Below are positions 51,663 through 64,000 of a stretch of 64,000 bases of DNA, piece by piece. Source of the stretch: Kondoa subrosea. Its lineage: Eukaryota. The number at the start of each line of letters is the position of its first letter. The first letter of the stretch is position 1. The stretch covers positions 1,499,941-1,563,940 of the forward strand of contig BCIN01000003.1 in NCBI GenBank assembly GCA_039545335.1, read 5' to 3'. Position numbers and translations under genes: made by a program. The notes below the pieces were generated by a model. It worked only from the letters and a program-made list of their open reading frames with translations. It searched no databases and was not told where the DNA came from.

Positions 51663-54600
51663 ATGACCAGTGATCTTCGTATACCCAGCTGGCTACATCC
51701 GCTCTGCAGGACAGCTGGTGCAGATTTATCGCTCGGTCCAACTCCAGGCATCTACACGACGCATGCTGGTCAGGAGGAGGACACATTGAATGAGAGTACT
51801 GTACGCAGTGGTTTCTCGACACCAGTAGTCGTTGGAGGCAGTGTGAGTTTTGAAACCTCAAGCTTCGTTTGCATGCAAGTTGACATTGGTGGAATAGACC
51901 GAAGGCTTCTCAGCACATTTGAGCTTGTTCGATAGCTTGAGCAACAAGAAACTGGGTCATAACCTTTCTGAACTGATTGGCGATGTCTTGAAGCTACAAG
52001 AGAAGGATAATGATGCTCTAGCGTAAGTTGAATCGCACTCTATCGCACACCTTATCGCTGAAAGCGTTCATATTCAGACCTCACAACTTCAAATTACCCA
52101 ATAGAGTGACTCTCAACGATCAGAAACGAGAAGCTTGGATTACAGATCTCGCGAATCCTGATGTACCGCTGGCCAAATTAGCAAAGAGCGTACCTCATGG
52201 CTACAGAGGGGAGAAACTGTTGGAGATGCTTATGCAGCGAAAAGTACCCATCACTCGAGCAGCTTGGTATATTCAAGTTGTCGGCGTTAGCGAAATTGTA
52301 AGCCTATGATGTGACAACGGCTAGCTTGATATGTATCTCACCTCTGGTTCAGCACAATCAGAAGACTCGCGGTACGACCGCAACACCTAGCTATGTGCAA
52401 GAATGGACGGCTGTAATGTGTGAAGGCGTAACAAAGGTCCTGTCTGAAATTCCTGTACCGAGCACCAATGTGGTCTTGCGACCCGGCATGAGCATCAAGA
52501 CCAAAGCAAAGACTGTACTCAATGATCCGGACATGAGAAAACGCTGGACATCCAAATTGCTATACATGTGAGCGAGAAACTATGATATAGTAAAAGAGTA
52601 GTTTACAAAGTTCGTAGCGAGTCACTTGCGCTGCAGCTATTTCGGAATGGTTTATTATCTCAATCTTACCTTTGCCCTTGGATCGCGGAACAGCTGAAAA
52701 CGGCTTCACCAGCTACTGTCGGCTTCATTCATGATTTTGCCGAGCCTTACATCTATACTGCTGTCAAAAACGTAGCATTTCTAAAGCAGATTGCTTTCGC
52801 ATGCTGTCACCAGCTTTCCCAATTGAAACATCTGATAGCACCGAAAGCGCATATAGAGGATGCGCTGAAAAGAACGCTGCAAGTGAGTGAAATATCTTCC
52901 ATTGAGAATCATGGCTCAATACTACTTTTAAGGCCATCTTATCTTTCGCTCCAGATGCTCTGGTATATATGCCAACGTGGCTTACTTATCGAGAAGTTCT
53001 ACTTTCGGCCTTACAAAGTAATAAAATTGCAGATGCAGCGGTACAAAGCGTGGTCGACAGGAACAAGCGACTAGCTGGTCAAGGTGCAGAAGAAAGCGGC
53101 GCATCCTCTTCTGCTCAGAAACTCGCTAGTATTACTTTCCTTGACAATTGGTCTAGCGATGCACCCATATCAGATGCATGTAATCAATTTTTCAGCATCG
53201 GTAATACAACGATAGAGCAACAAGTCGGAATTCTGCTGCAATGGTGCACCTCAAAGTCAAGATTGAGCCTTCATCGAAAATATCTGACCTCTTCTATACT
53301 GCAAGTTGTACAAGAACGACTGTCTACGTCTAGACAAAGTTTGCAGACCATTTTGATCAAGTGGTTAGAATCAATGAATGCCATTCAACGAGACATTTGC
53401 ATGCCGGACCTAGTTGCTTTGTTTTACGAATTACAAACTTCCAACTTGTATTCGTACGGAACTCATTTACAATGGGTCATAGCCAGAGGAGGTATGCCTC
53501 TGAAGAAGGTGAGCTTGTTCCTAAGAAACACGTTACCATGCTAATTGCGTGCTTGCAGGATTCGTCGATACATGCCGAACTCCTCTTTCAATTGCCGCTA
53601 CAAGCTGGATCACAGTCTGCTCTTACGCAACGTCGTATCATGCTTGGCATCACACCTCAAGAAGTAGCAGCCAGTGGTGCGCGACTTTCCTTCGCAAGAC
53701 AGGCTATTATGCTAGCAATGCCTAAGCTCTTTGGGTGTGGTGTCATGCAACGTATGTGGTAACCTAAAATCTATTTCGATCATTTCTAACGATGAAACAC
53801 TTCAGCCGATCCTGCATTACGCTCGAATGCTTTGGCGGCGATATCTGCTTTGCAGACGACCGAAGAGCGTCATCGACTCGTACAAGAGTGGCTCCTCATG
53901 TCGTTAGGAGCTCTTGAGTGAGTGAAAGTGTTTTCCTTAGAGGATAGGATCTATTACTGATTGCTTACGATAGCATTTCGGATATTCCCATGTCAGAAGC
54001 TACGCTAGCGGCCGAAATCTTCATACTCTTGGACGATCATCGCTCCCTACTCACTGTGAGGCGACTAAGTAATCCTCAGGCTATTATGCTGAACTATGCT
54101 ATGCAGTTTCTACGCTCGCTCTTACAATCAGCTAAAGCAAAACATGTCATCCGACTGGCGGTTGATCTGGCAGTAGCTTTCAAGAATGTATGGTCAGCCT
54201 TGGGCCAAACAACTGCGGTCATCACAGCTTTAGAAGAAGCATCAACCAGACTAAGTCAAAGTCGAAGTACGCCATACTTTACGCAAAAGCCAGCGGAAAC
54301 ACTTGCAGTCGCTATAGAAGCCCCTGCGGATGAATTCGTAAAAAAAGAGGACGCGTCTGCGACAGATCATGACATGTCTTTGATGTTTCCAGAATTGCTG
54401 GGCTTGTCCGAGCTGTCTAACGATCAAGATATAGAACAAATTGCCAATGCTGTGGTATATCGAGTCAAAGCAGAAAATGTTTCACACGCGCAAGTATGGC
54501 TAGCTTGCCTGAATATGGCTACTATACCGAATCAATCTGCTGTCGTTCAGCTAATACAAGAGCTCGAAATTCAATTGGAGGAACAGCTGGACGACACAGC

Positions 54601-56611
54601 TTCGATATGGATGCCACAAATTCAGTCAAATGAAACTGTCTATGCTACCCTTCTGTCACTGATTGAGACTGGCTCTTTGAGTATCCAGACTCTCATAACT
54701 CACCACATTCGACCCTTTGTCCAGCTCAACGGTCTTTATACTTCAATCCAATCATTGCTTACGGCAGCTTTCGATCTATCAAGCCCACCTGTCCCATTTT
54801 TTGATCGCAGCCATGCCGAGCGCTTCTTGCTGTACCTACGCCGCCTCAACTTGTTCTCTACTCGGCAGGGTACAGCATCTGTGTCTCGCCTTCTCTCAGA
54901 TATATCGTCGTTCCCGAGCATGCTCGCAAGTGAAAGCATGCAAGCTGCTAGTGCTTTAGTAGTAGAGGGCATTTTCCACTGCAAAGAATTTCGCGCCGCC
55001 TTCGAAAGGAGCTCAGTAAGATGCTATGATGATCTGGGGGGCATAAAAGGAGATAGCGAATCACTATATCGCGCTGCGCTTGAATTGGCTGGTATGTCAG
55101 GCATGAACGCTTTGTGTGTCCGCTGAGTGTTTACAGCTGATGTACCTGTCTGGAACACGGCATACGTCAAGCTTGCTCTCAAGCTACAGTTGTCAAGACC
55201 TAGTGAGACAAGTGATTTGCCAGCCTTTTTCAGCGCCTATCTATCTTCAGTCGGGTCGGAGCTGGTCATATCAGGCATAGCCAAAGACTGCTCTCCCAAC
55301 GATATAGACCGCGTAAGTTCCTGCTAGTCCGATCTATGACTGCTCTGATTTGTGGAATCTAGCTTTACGCGGCCTTCATGACAAATCTTTCGCAAGCTCT
55401 CGCAGCTTTCAGCGAAACAGATCGATCAGAGCAACAAGTGCTCAACGACTACCTTCGCTGCGAACGACTGTCTCAAGCTCTGCTAAGCAATGCAACGGCG
55501 AATCCCTCTCTCGAATTCAGCAATATTGATCAACTTGTGACAGCTTGGATCAGCTGCGCATCTTACCTTGTCGATTGCCTAAAGTCCACCGCTAGCGACT
55601 CTGAATGTATTCTGCAGCCCGCGATAGCAGGAAGCATTCGCCTAGCTATGCGATCTTCAAATTTTTCGGGGATCAAGCTCGATTTGGTAGAGAAGGCTTT
55701 TGATGTACTTTGCGAGCTGTTGCATGTATGTTGTATGCACTAAATGCTGATGATTCGCTGAAGACGGTCCGTAGCATGAACAGAACAAGCAACTTAGTCA
55801 GCCTGCCGATGCACAGCATCTTGAGGATCTTCTGATCTGTATGCTTGATCGTGAGCGCTGTCAAGTATTCGAGTGCTGTCACTGAGGCTTTCTAAACATA
55901 GTCTTGTCAAATGCAGACCAAGATCAGTTGCGAGGATCTTCTGGATTTACGGCATTGCCTTTATCAAGTTATTCCCGGATCAAATTTAGCACCAGTTGTG
56001 AACAAGACTCAGTAAAGCTGAACACATTGAATGTCGATCGAAGTGGGATCAACATCATAGCAACAGAAATACATTCCTGGGATCTTTTCGAGCTGCCACT
56101 TCAGTTGTCCAGCAGTGCGACTGAACGGCAAGCTTGGGCTAGTAATAACTCTGTGGTCAATCTAGCATCATACAATCTGCAAGCGATTGAAGCACCTTGC
56201 TCGGCGCCGCCATCTATCGAGATTGCAGATAGTCCATCGATTGGCTCGCAATCTAGATTCCTGTCTGAAATGGCGACGCAACGCACAAGCGTCTGGACTG
56301 ACGCAAACATACAACAAGAACTGCCACTCGTGGAAGTTTTAAGCGGATCTAATTCCGGACACTCGACTCCAGCGAAGCAAGAGACGCCAAAGCATGTCAC
56401 GGAAATATCGGATGATGACGACGAGGCTGCACCTCCCGTGCTCATACAGAAGCCTGCTTCAAAGAGCAAGAAAAGGAAGGAGCGCAGCGGTGAAAGCATA
56501 GAAGTCGTGATACCAAAAGTGTAAGCTCGGCTTTCGCTACTTTCTTACTGAAATGCTCAACTTCCGAACAGAGATGTCCCTGCGCCGAAGAAAGCTCGAG
56601 TCAAGAAGTGA
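51663..56611 (+). CDS. MED12: Mediator kinase-module subunit Med12/Srb8 (start uncertain), multi-exon
   Basis: FKLPNRVTLNDQKREAWITDLANPDVPLAKLAKSVPHG..GEKLLEML..KVPITRAAWYI is the Med12 N-terminal domain. Confidence 0.88.
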
Positions 56612-56729
56612 TCATACATACAGCATCTATACCCTTAACTTAACGATTGTATTACACCATGCATAACGATATCTCACACGAAAACCAAAAGTCATACACT
56701 CAACATACATGAATTACGTCTACTATCCC

Positions 56730-59700
56730 TCATCGTCTACCGCTCGATCGACTGGTCTGAACCTCTGGCTTGAGGCCGGTGGCTTGTGCTACTGCTGAAA
56801 GAACATTCGTTATGTTTGCTTTGTCGCTCAAGACTTTGAAACTGGCGTGCCCTGTTGTCCGTTGTTTTGACGCTGTCATACCCGATAAGATGGATACTTC
56901 AGGAAGAGATGGTCGTGTAACATTTTCGGGTTCCAGATCAAGCGATTCATCGGCTGCGTAGTCTGGATATTCGCGCTTCCGAGGTGTCAGCCCTGTTGAT
57001 ATATCTTCTTTGATTTTTGAAGATAGGAAAGATTCAGATTGCTTATATAGAGCCGTCAATTTGCCTTGAAGTTCTGAGGCTGAAACTGAGGCATCGTCCT
57101 GGAATTGTGAAACAGCTTCGAGCACGGCAACTGAAGCCGCTTCAGACGTGCTTGCAAGATCATCAAAACCAGTTCGTAATTGTCGACAAGTTTCTTGTGC
57201 GCGCGCTATCAGTGTACTGGATGTTTCAAGCTGGACTTTGTGATTCGTTGCATTGGTCTCTTTGTCTGCGAGGCTGTTAGCTGAAGATCCATCGATAGGA
57301 ATAGACTTACAAGTCACAGCTTTATGGGCCAAGTCAATACCCAAGGAAGCGCTCTGGGCAGCGAGTGGTTCAGCGATTGATGCCTGATCTTTTCCGGATA
57401 TGCGTATTTGCTGCTCCAACAGTACTCCTGTTTTGCTCATGGTCTATTATGGAAATCAATACACTGTACAAGCTTGTCATCAAAGAGAATTACCTCAGTT
57501 TGCGACGAGGTCAGACTTGACACCTCTTGATTCATAGAGCGTATTGATTCCCCTGCCTTTTCGGCTTGGGAAAGCAGAAGCTCCAGATCAGTTGACCAAG
57601 ATTTGTGGGCTTTCTTGGACGCGGAGTGAGAGGTTGCAAGTCCAGTATGTACTGATTCAATTGAGGCCGAAAGTGCAGAGGTTCTTAACTTTCTGAAACC
57701 ACTGATTTGCGCTGACACAGACGCGAGGAGAGACTGTTCGAATCGATCCAGATCTGCTTGCTGCTCGTCGACTATTTGTTGCAGAATGGCATTCTGAGCT
57801 TTCAACCGCTTATTCTTGATCACGACGTGAGTTCGGCTTGCGATTTGTATTTGTAAAGGCATTTAGCTCACCTCTTCTGCTTGAGCAAGGCTTTCTGCTT
57901 CTTGCCTCTTTCGAATAGCCGCAGCATTACTTTCTAATAACGTAGAGGTGGACTTCGAAGTATTACTCGACATCGCTGCCAGTTCCTGGAAGGCCGTCGA
58001 TGTCTCGTCCAGGCTATGAGATCATGTAGTTTGATAGAGTAGATCAGCTTACAGTGGACATCATTTCCTGACAAACAGACAGGATCTTCTCAGCTGACGT
58101 AGCAGATACGGCTTGGGATTGAGCAGCATGAAATGAAATAGCCGACTGCAAGCTTGTAACCGCTGATTCCACAGCTTGAACAAAATTGCTGGCCAAAGAA
58201 AGGGCATGGGATGAAGAAGTGGACGCTGCGGCCAACTCTTCTGCAAGGTTATCTTCTTGAGCTTGGAGAATAGCTTGATTGACTTGAATCAGCTTTGCGT
58301 GCTCTGAGGCATCCGCTTCAACCGCTTGTGCAAGGGATGAAGCAAAAGACTGCTGCGATTCGGCAAGCGAGCTGATGTCGGATGATATTGTACTCGTTGC
58401 AGTTCCAATGTTTCTTCTAGCTTGAGCAATAATAGCTGTGTTGGAAGATTCAACGGCTTTCTTGCGGGCTGTGCGACAAAAATCTCGCTTAGGTTCACCT
58501 TCGCGACCTAGCGAAAATACTCACATATTTTCTCTCGCAAGCCTTCACTATCCTGTATAGCTTGGCCTGCGCAAGACTTCCACTCTTTTCTACTTTGAGC
58601 ATTTCTCTGCCTCAAAGCTGTCTCTTGCTCCAGCTTCGAACGCCAGTCGTCCAATTCCATTCTCAAGTCCTTCACTTGACTAACATTCCCTTCCAGATCC
58701 TCTGCTAAACCTTTGATTTCCCCATCCTTGGTAGTCAACAACCTCAGTGAATGCTCAAACTGTTCACTCATAGTCCGAAGTTGCATATCGAGCAAATCAG
58801 CCTGTCTTTTCGTCTCATCCAACATAATCCTTCTTCCTTCATGTTCAGAAGACATTTCAGACCAAGAGTCTTGACTTAGGTAAATTCCATTCTTCTCTCT
58901 TGCTGCTATTAAATCCGCTTTGAGCCTTTCGATTTCGGTAGCATATTGATTTAGCAAAGCATTACGAGTGATCTTAGCATTAGCTTCTGGTCGATTTTGA
59001 ATAGATTTAGCGCGTAAAGCGTAATCGAGAGTAGACAGGGTTTCTTCGAGATTGGAACGAGAGGAAGAGATTGTTGCTATGATGCAGGTCTTGGTTCTTC
59101 CGCCTAGCGAGTCTTGCAATAGTCGAGTGAGCTTACTTTCCCTGTGAATCAAGAACATCTGCTTAGCTTATTAATAAGCGAAACAGACTCCTGATCTCAC
59201 CTATAAGGAATATGCGCATTCTTCTCAACCAAAGCATTGATGACTCGGCCAAGAGTGAGCAAGCTTTGATTAATCATGCCTGCTTCTCTTGCTCTTCCTT
59301 CTTTAGCTCCACTTCGTCCAACATTCTCGCTTCCCGCCAGATCGACCAAATTCATTTTCCCAATCTTGAGTAAATCTTCGGCAGCCTTGTTGGACGAAGG
59401 ACCATTTGAGGAGGAGTTGGTAGATTCTTTCATGTGTACCGTGATGGAAAAAACGGAATGCGAACGAGATGAGCGATCATTGCAATTGGTGGCTGCGATT
59501 TGTCTTCTTCTTGAACCTCTAGTAAGAACTGTGATACCTTCTGCAGCTGAATTGATCAACGTTTCTTCAACCCCTTGAATGATTACACCTTTCTTGGCCG
59601 AATCATCGAAGATCTTCAATTCAGGTTGTTGCATTTGAGCATCTGGTGTTAGGTCTAGACTTGTTGCGCAATTGAGATCGCGAAGCTCTTCATTGTACAA

Positions 59701-60348
59701 TTCAACGAAAGAAACTCGAACGGAGAATTCGGTTTGTTGTCTTTCTTCCAGCAAGTGAAACAAGCGATACAAAGTGCGTGGAATGACACCTGCTTTGGAA
59801 GAGAAACCACCCAAGACTGGAGTAAGATCACCTTCTGTTGTGAAGGTCTTGCCTGATCCAGTTGCGCCATAAGTGAAGAGTGTACAATTGTAGCCAAGCA
59901 GAACTTCATCCAGTAGCGGCGAAACGACTTTCTCATATACAAGGGCTTGATCTGCGTCCGGCGAGAAGACATGATCAAAAGGGTAGATTTTCTCTGAGGA
60001 GTTGGAAGGTGTAGCAGTAGCTTTAGCTGAAGATAGAGAGGGACCTAATGGATTTGCTTGAATAGGTGGAGCAGAAGAAACAGCGTTATTGGTAGCGATG
60101 ACTAGCTGATCACTTCTTGTGCCATTCGTCCGGACTACACAGTCGTCCGTGAGGGTTTCATTACCTCGACATCTGACTGCAACTTGTATGCTTGATGATT
60201 CAATTCGACTGCTTCCTAGACTATTCTTGCTGGTCTCTTCTGTACTCGGTCTCAGTGTTCTTGAAGGAATTCTAGCTGTAGCAGCAGGTCGAACAGAAGG
60301 TTTTCTGGATCCAGGTAGCGCAGACGAGGTCTTTGTTCTTGCAGCCAT
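56730..60348 (-). CDS. Kinesin-5 (BimC/Cut7-like) mitotic motor, multi-exon
   Basis: [78 protein letters not shown]; BimC-box [10 protein letters not shown]. Confidence 0.95.
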
Positions 60349-60555
60349 TGTTATACCACAGTGCCAGCCAATCGATATGCTGGGCTGTATGCCGAGCTTT
60401 ACAGATGCTTGCGGAGGTTGGCTGAGGCAGGACAAGCTTCTACGAAATCAAAACAAATGCTTTTTCGCTTGCAGTGAGCTCATTTCCGAAGCTGCGACAG
60501 TGTAGCTGCTGGTGGTCTATTATCAGGATCCGATACACGTCAATATACCCTCAGC

Positions 60556-62078
60556 ATGGAGATATCGTCCCAATATACTGGCTCACCTAAATTCTCAAAA
60601 GATTGCCGCTACCTCGTTTCTCATACTGATAAGCTCTGTGTCTTGCGTGATGCTGCAACTCTCAAAGTAATCCAAACATATCGGCTCAAATCCCCCATTT
60701 CTCATGCAGCTGTTTCGCCCAAATCGACTTCGGTCTTGTGCTATGCGAATCTGCAAGATGATCCAGAAATAAAGCTCTTCGCTCAGCATTCACCAGAGAG
60801 CTTTTCCAGTATAATTCCTGGCATTGAAGGTTTTCAGCATGCAGTCTATTTGTCTAATGTCGACATAGCAGTGTGGTCTGATCAATGCTTGAGAATCACT
60901 ATATGGCGTGTGGACAATGATTCCGTCAAGCCACTCGTTCATATACCATATCCGAAGCTTTCATATAAGTTTGGATGGGCTATGCATGAACAGCATTACT
61001 TTGTGGTGTGTCAGCGTATAGAAGGAGCAGATGTTATAGGCATTTACGATGGCAAATATGATTGGAGTCTTGCCAATGTGCGTACGATCTTTCTTCTGCT
61101 TGTGATCTTGCCTCAATTCGAATGTAGAGCTTCGATTCCGCTACAATAAATGCAGCAGATCTGTCTCTCTCGCCTTGCGGTCGCTACATATCGATCTGGG
61201 AATCAGTCCTTGAGTCTGCCATATATGTGTACTCTCTCGACGGAGGATTGCTTCTCGACTTCAAGCCAATAGCAAGTTCTGGTCTGGGCATTCGTTGTGT
61301 TACATGGCACGCAGACTACTTAGCTATAGGAGACTATTCATCTCAAGTCGGTCATATTTTGCACTCATATGAACTTGCCTTTGCTGACAAACAGAAACAG
61401 GTTTACCTGATCTCAACTCTTACCTGGACACAGATTTCCACTTTCTCTCTATCACCCACTTCGTCCTCTCAACCAATTCAAATCCATCGTGCGCCGTCAA
61501 ACGATTGGTTGAGCTTAACAAGAGGTTATTCAATAGTTCCTTTCCCTCTTTCAACAGCAGTCCTTTCCTCCATTTTATGCAAACCAAGCAAGAAACCCAT
61601 CGCAGGAGCAAAAAGCGGCGTATCCCAGATCTTACCATCTTCTTCTTCCCATATAGCAGTACGATGCGAATCATACCCAAACAATGTCTTTCTCTATACT
61701 AGAATCGAATTGAAGTGTGTTTTGGAATACGAAGGTGCTGTAACGAGTATGAGTTGGAAGCCATTACGACAAGAGGGAGAACAGGAAGCGCTAGTGGTTG
61801 CTTGGCAAGGTGGGAAAGGTGTTGGTTTATGGTTCGATGATGGTAGTTTGGCTGGCAGAGCGGAAGGGATGGGCGTTCTTAGTAAGTAGTCAACCTAAAG
61901 CTGCCATTGTGGTCATGACTCTCTTCAAACAGAAGGAGAAATGGAAGTGAAGAAACTAGAGTGGTCGATAGATGGAAGTAAATTGCTCTTGAAGGGACTC
62001 AAGACATATTGTGTCGCCTTTCCTCTCAATGGTGAGACGACGAAAGAAGTGAGAAATGAAGAACAACAAGCTCGATAG
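60556..62078 (+). CDS. WD40 protein WRAP73/WDR8-like, multi-exon
   Basis: FSKDCRYL..., WSDQCLRITIW...HIPYPK, LSPCGRYISIWESVLE..IYVYSLDG, GLGIRCVTW...LAIGDY, AVRCESYPNNVFLY match my recollection of WRAP73 motifs. Confidence 0.8.
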
Positions 62079-62207
62079 ACGCGAATGCGCGAACCTTTCT
62101 GATCAGGACCTACATTTCCTGTCGGACTGCTACATTATCAAAGCTACAGCGAATCCTCTGACTCCTCTCTTTTCTGACTGACCAACAAATCCGATCAATC
62201 AGTCGAG

Positions 62208-63940
62208 ATGCGTTATTCTTTGCGTTGGCGTAAGCACATCAACTCGTCAGGTATGACTCTTTACTCCTGCATTCCTGTTCGCTCGCTCATTCCGAGCTCG
62301 CCTCTTCTATAGGAACAATCAATAACTCACAGATGATGGTAGATACGCTTGAAGCAATCCAAAACACAGCTTTCGATCCATTTAGGAGAAGAAGCACAAC
62401 GGGAGATCGCGACTTGGCCGCGCTTCAAGCTGAAAGTCAAGCTATCGACAGAGAATACAGACAGCAAGTCATGGAATCCTATCGATCTTTCGTCCGATAT
62501 CAACCACCTTTCTCTTCTTCCGGACAATCAATAGCTGCATCTTCTGAGGCGTATCAACTCACTACTTCAGAATCTACAGAGGAAGAGGGAGATGTACAGC
62601 TTGCGCACTCTCCAAGCATATTGTCGAATCGAAGCTACGTCGACTACCGTGTTTTCTCATCTACTCTTGAGGCTTCTTCTTCCACTGGCGAATGCGAAAT
62701 TGAAGTTGTCCAACTGCCGCTTGGTCTTGGTATAAAAAATGAAGCAGCATCATGTGGTGATGTTGGTCGACTGGCTCCGGTGGAAGAAGATGAGGATGAA
62801 GATGTATACTATGAAGCGGAATTAGGTATCGAAGTATCGAAGGCGAATCCATAAATGAAGACGGATTGGAAGCAGACAAACTCGAAAATCGCTTTGGAGT
62901 AGCTGTCAAGATGTTCCTCCTTCTTGAAGCGCATGCTCATTCGTCGAGTACGTGCCAATTCTCTGCAGTTGCTCGTGTGTACTGACACCGTTTCTTTGCA
63001 GTACTTTCCAGCTCATCAAGCCGACCCCTCGCGGATTCTATTGCCTCTGAGCGTACTCTCCACCGCTTACACAAAGCTCTACGCCGCCAACGCTTTCGCA
63101 GAAGCATGTCTACGCGAATGCGATTTAGGCACAAGCCCGCTTGGAATCAAAAACAGAAACTGCTATCTGCACCGTCCAGTTCTGCCATGTCGCAAGAGAT
63201 AGAGAGGACAACGCAGCATCTGGATCCCATACTACTGGAAAATGCTCTGTGTCTTTGTAAGCACAGCTCGTCACAAAGCTGCCCTCCTCAGTATCAGCAA
63301 ACGAGAGCACCAGAAGATCTTTCGATTCACAATCCGAACGAGTCAAGAATTCGAGAGGTTGCATCAGCGCAAGAGATGGTAGACTTCAGCGACAGATCAA
63401 GCGAAGAATACTTTGATGCCGAAACGAGTTTGGAATCTTCACAACTTCAGGATCCGGGTACTTCGAATCCATTGCGAGACGAAGCTGGCGATCGTCCTCG
63501 AGAACAACAATACAGTAGCCTGTTTGGTGAAGATTTTCTATGCGCATGCTTTGGCAGAGCTGTATGGCTTGGCCTTTTGATATTGGTGATAGAGCTTGTC
63601 TGGCAAAGCATACGAGAATCTTTCGAACGTATAAGGCACCTTCATCAGGCACTCTGGGATAGTAAGTGGCTCTTTGTAATCCACGCATGGTGCGAATAAT
63701 CTAATCATTGCAACAGTGTTCTGTATGGATCTGGAAAACCTTAGATCAGATCTGGTCGCTGCTCATGTCCTGGAAGGTCGAATATTTGAAATTCCCCCGC
63801 CATCTTACTCTGTCGATGATCCGGCAATGCAGCATATCGCAACGCCTATCGATGATCTACCGGAATATAGAGCATATCCGTATGATATGACTGAAATGCG
63901 TAGGTTATGGTCTGTGGAGAGACAGGCTCTACGTGCTTGA
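62208..63940 (+). CDS. Hypothetical acidic/disordered protein with PPxY and LPxY motifs (exon structure uncertain)
   Basis: ATG at 62208 with a GT-AG intron into ORF 62333-62854, then ORFs 63106-63699 and 63716-63940 (PPPSY, LPEY). Confidence 0.5.
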
Positions 63941-64000
63941 AGGAGATGTTGGTGGCAAAGCCTGGTGCTTGTGCTTCCTGTGACACTCTGAGCCTGTATG

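Overview
Intron-rich, gene-dense fungal genomic DNA, most likely a basidiomycete. This is an inference from the very short introns, frequent micro-exons and a BZW/5MP gene; a Pucciniomycotina-like yeast is a guess. About 28 spliced protein-coding genes can be reconstructed by hand. They include a WDR5-like 3' end, two MFS transporters, COG3, a UCH deubiquitinase, mitochondrial GatB, a MYND protein, a GH5 glucanase, VMS1, an SDR, a Rab GTPase, CWC24, YAK1, a phosducin-like protein, GlnRS, a DUR31-type sodium:solute symporter, BZW/5MP, glyoxalase I, MED12, kinesin-5, WRAP73/WDR8 and several orphans. CDS coordinates span introns and are hand-predicted. Two non-coding elements stand out. (1) An atypical split TPP riboswitch lies in the 637-nt intron of the DUR31-type transporter. 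It has a ~200-nt P3 arm, an extra hairpin after the UGAGA motif, a deviant P4/P5 arm and a downstream anti-aptamer next to the branch point. (2) An unexplained ~820-nt stretch between the GH5 and VMS1 genes folds into many nested helices whose G-U pairs favour the + strand, so it is a candidate large structured ncRNA. All RNA structures were paired by eye, not computed.
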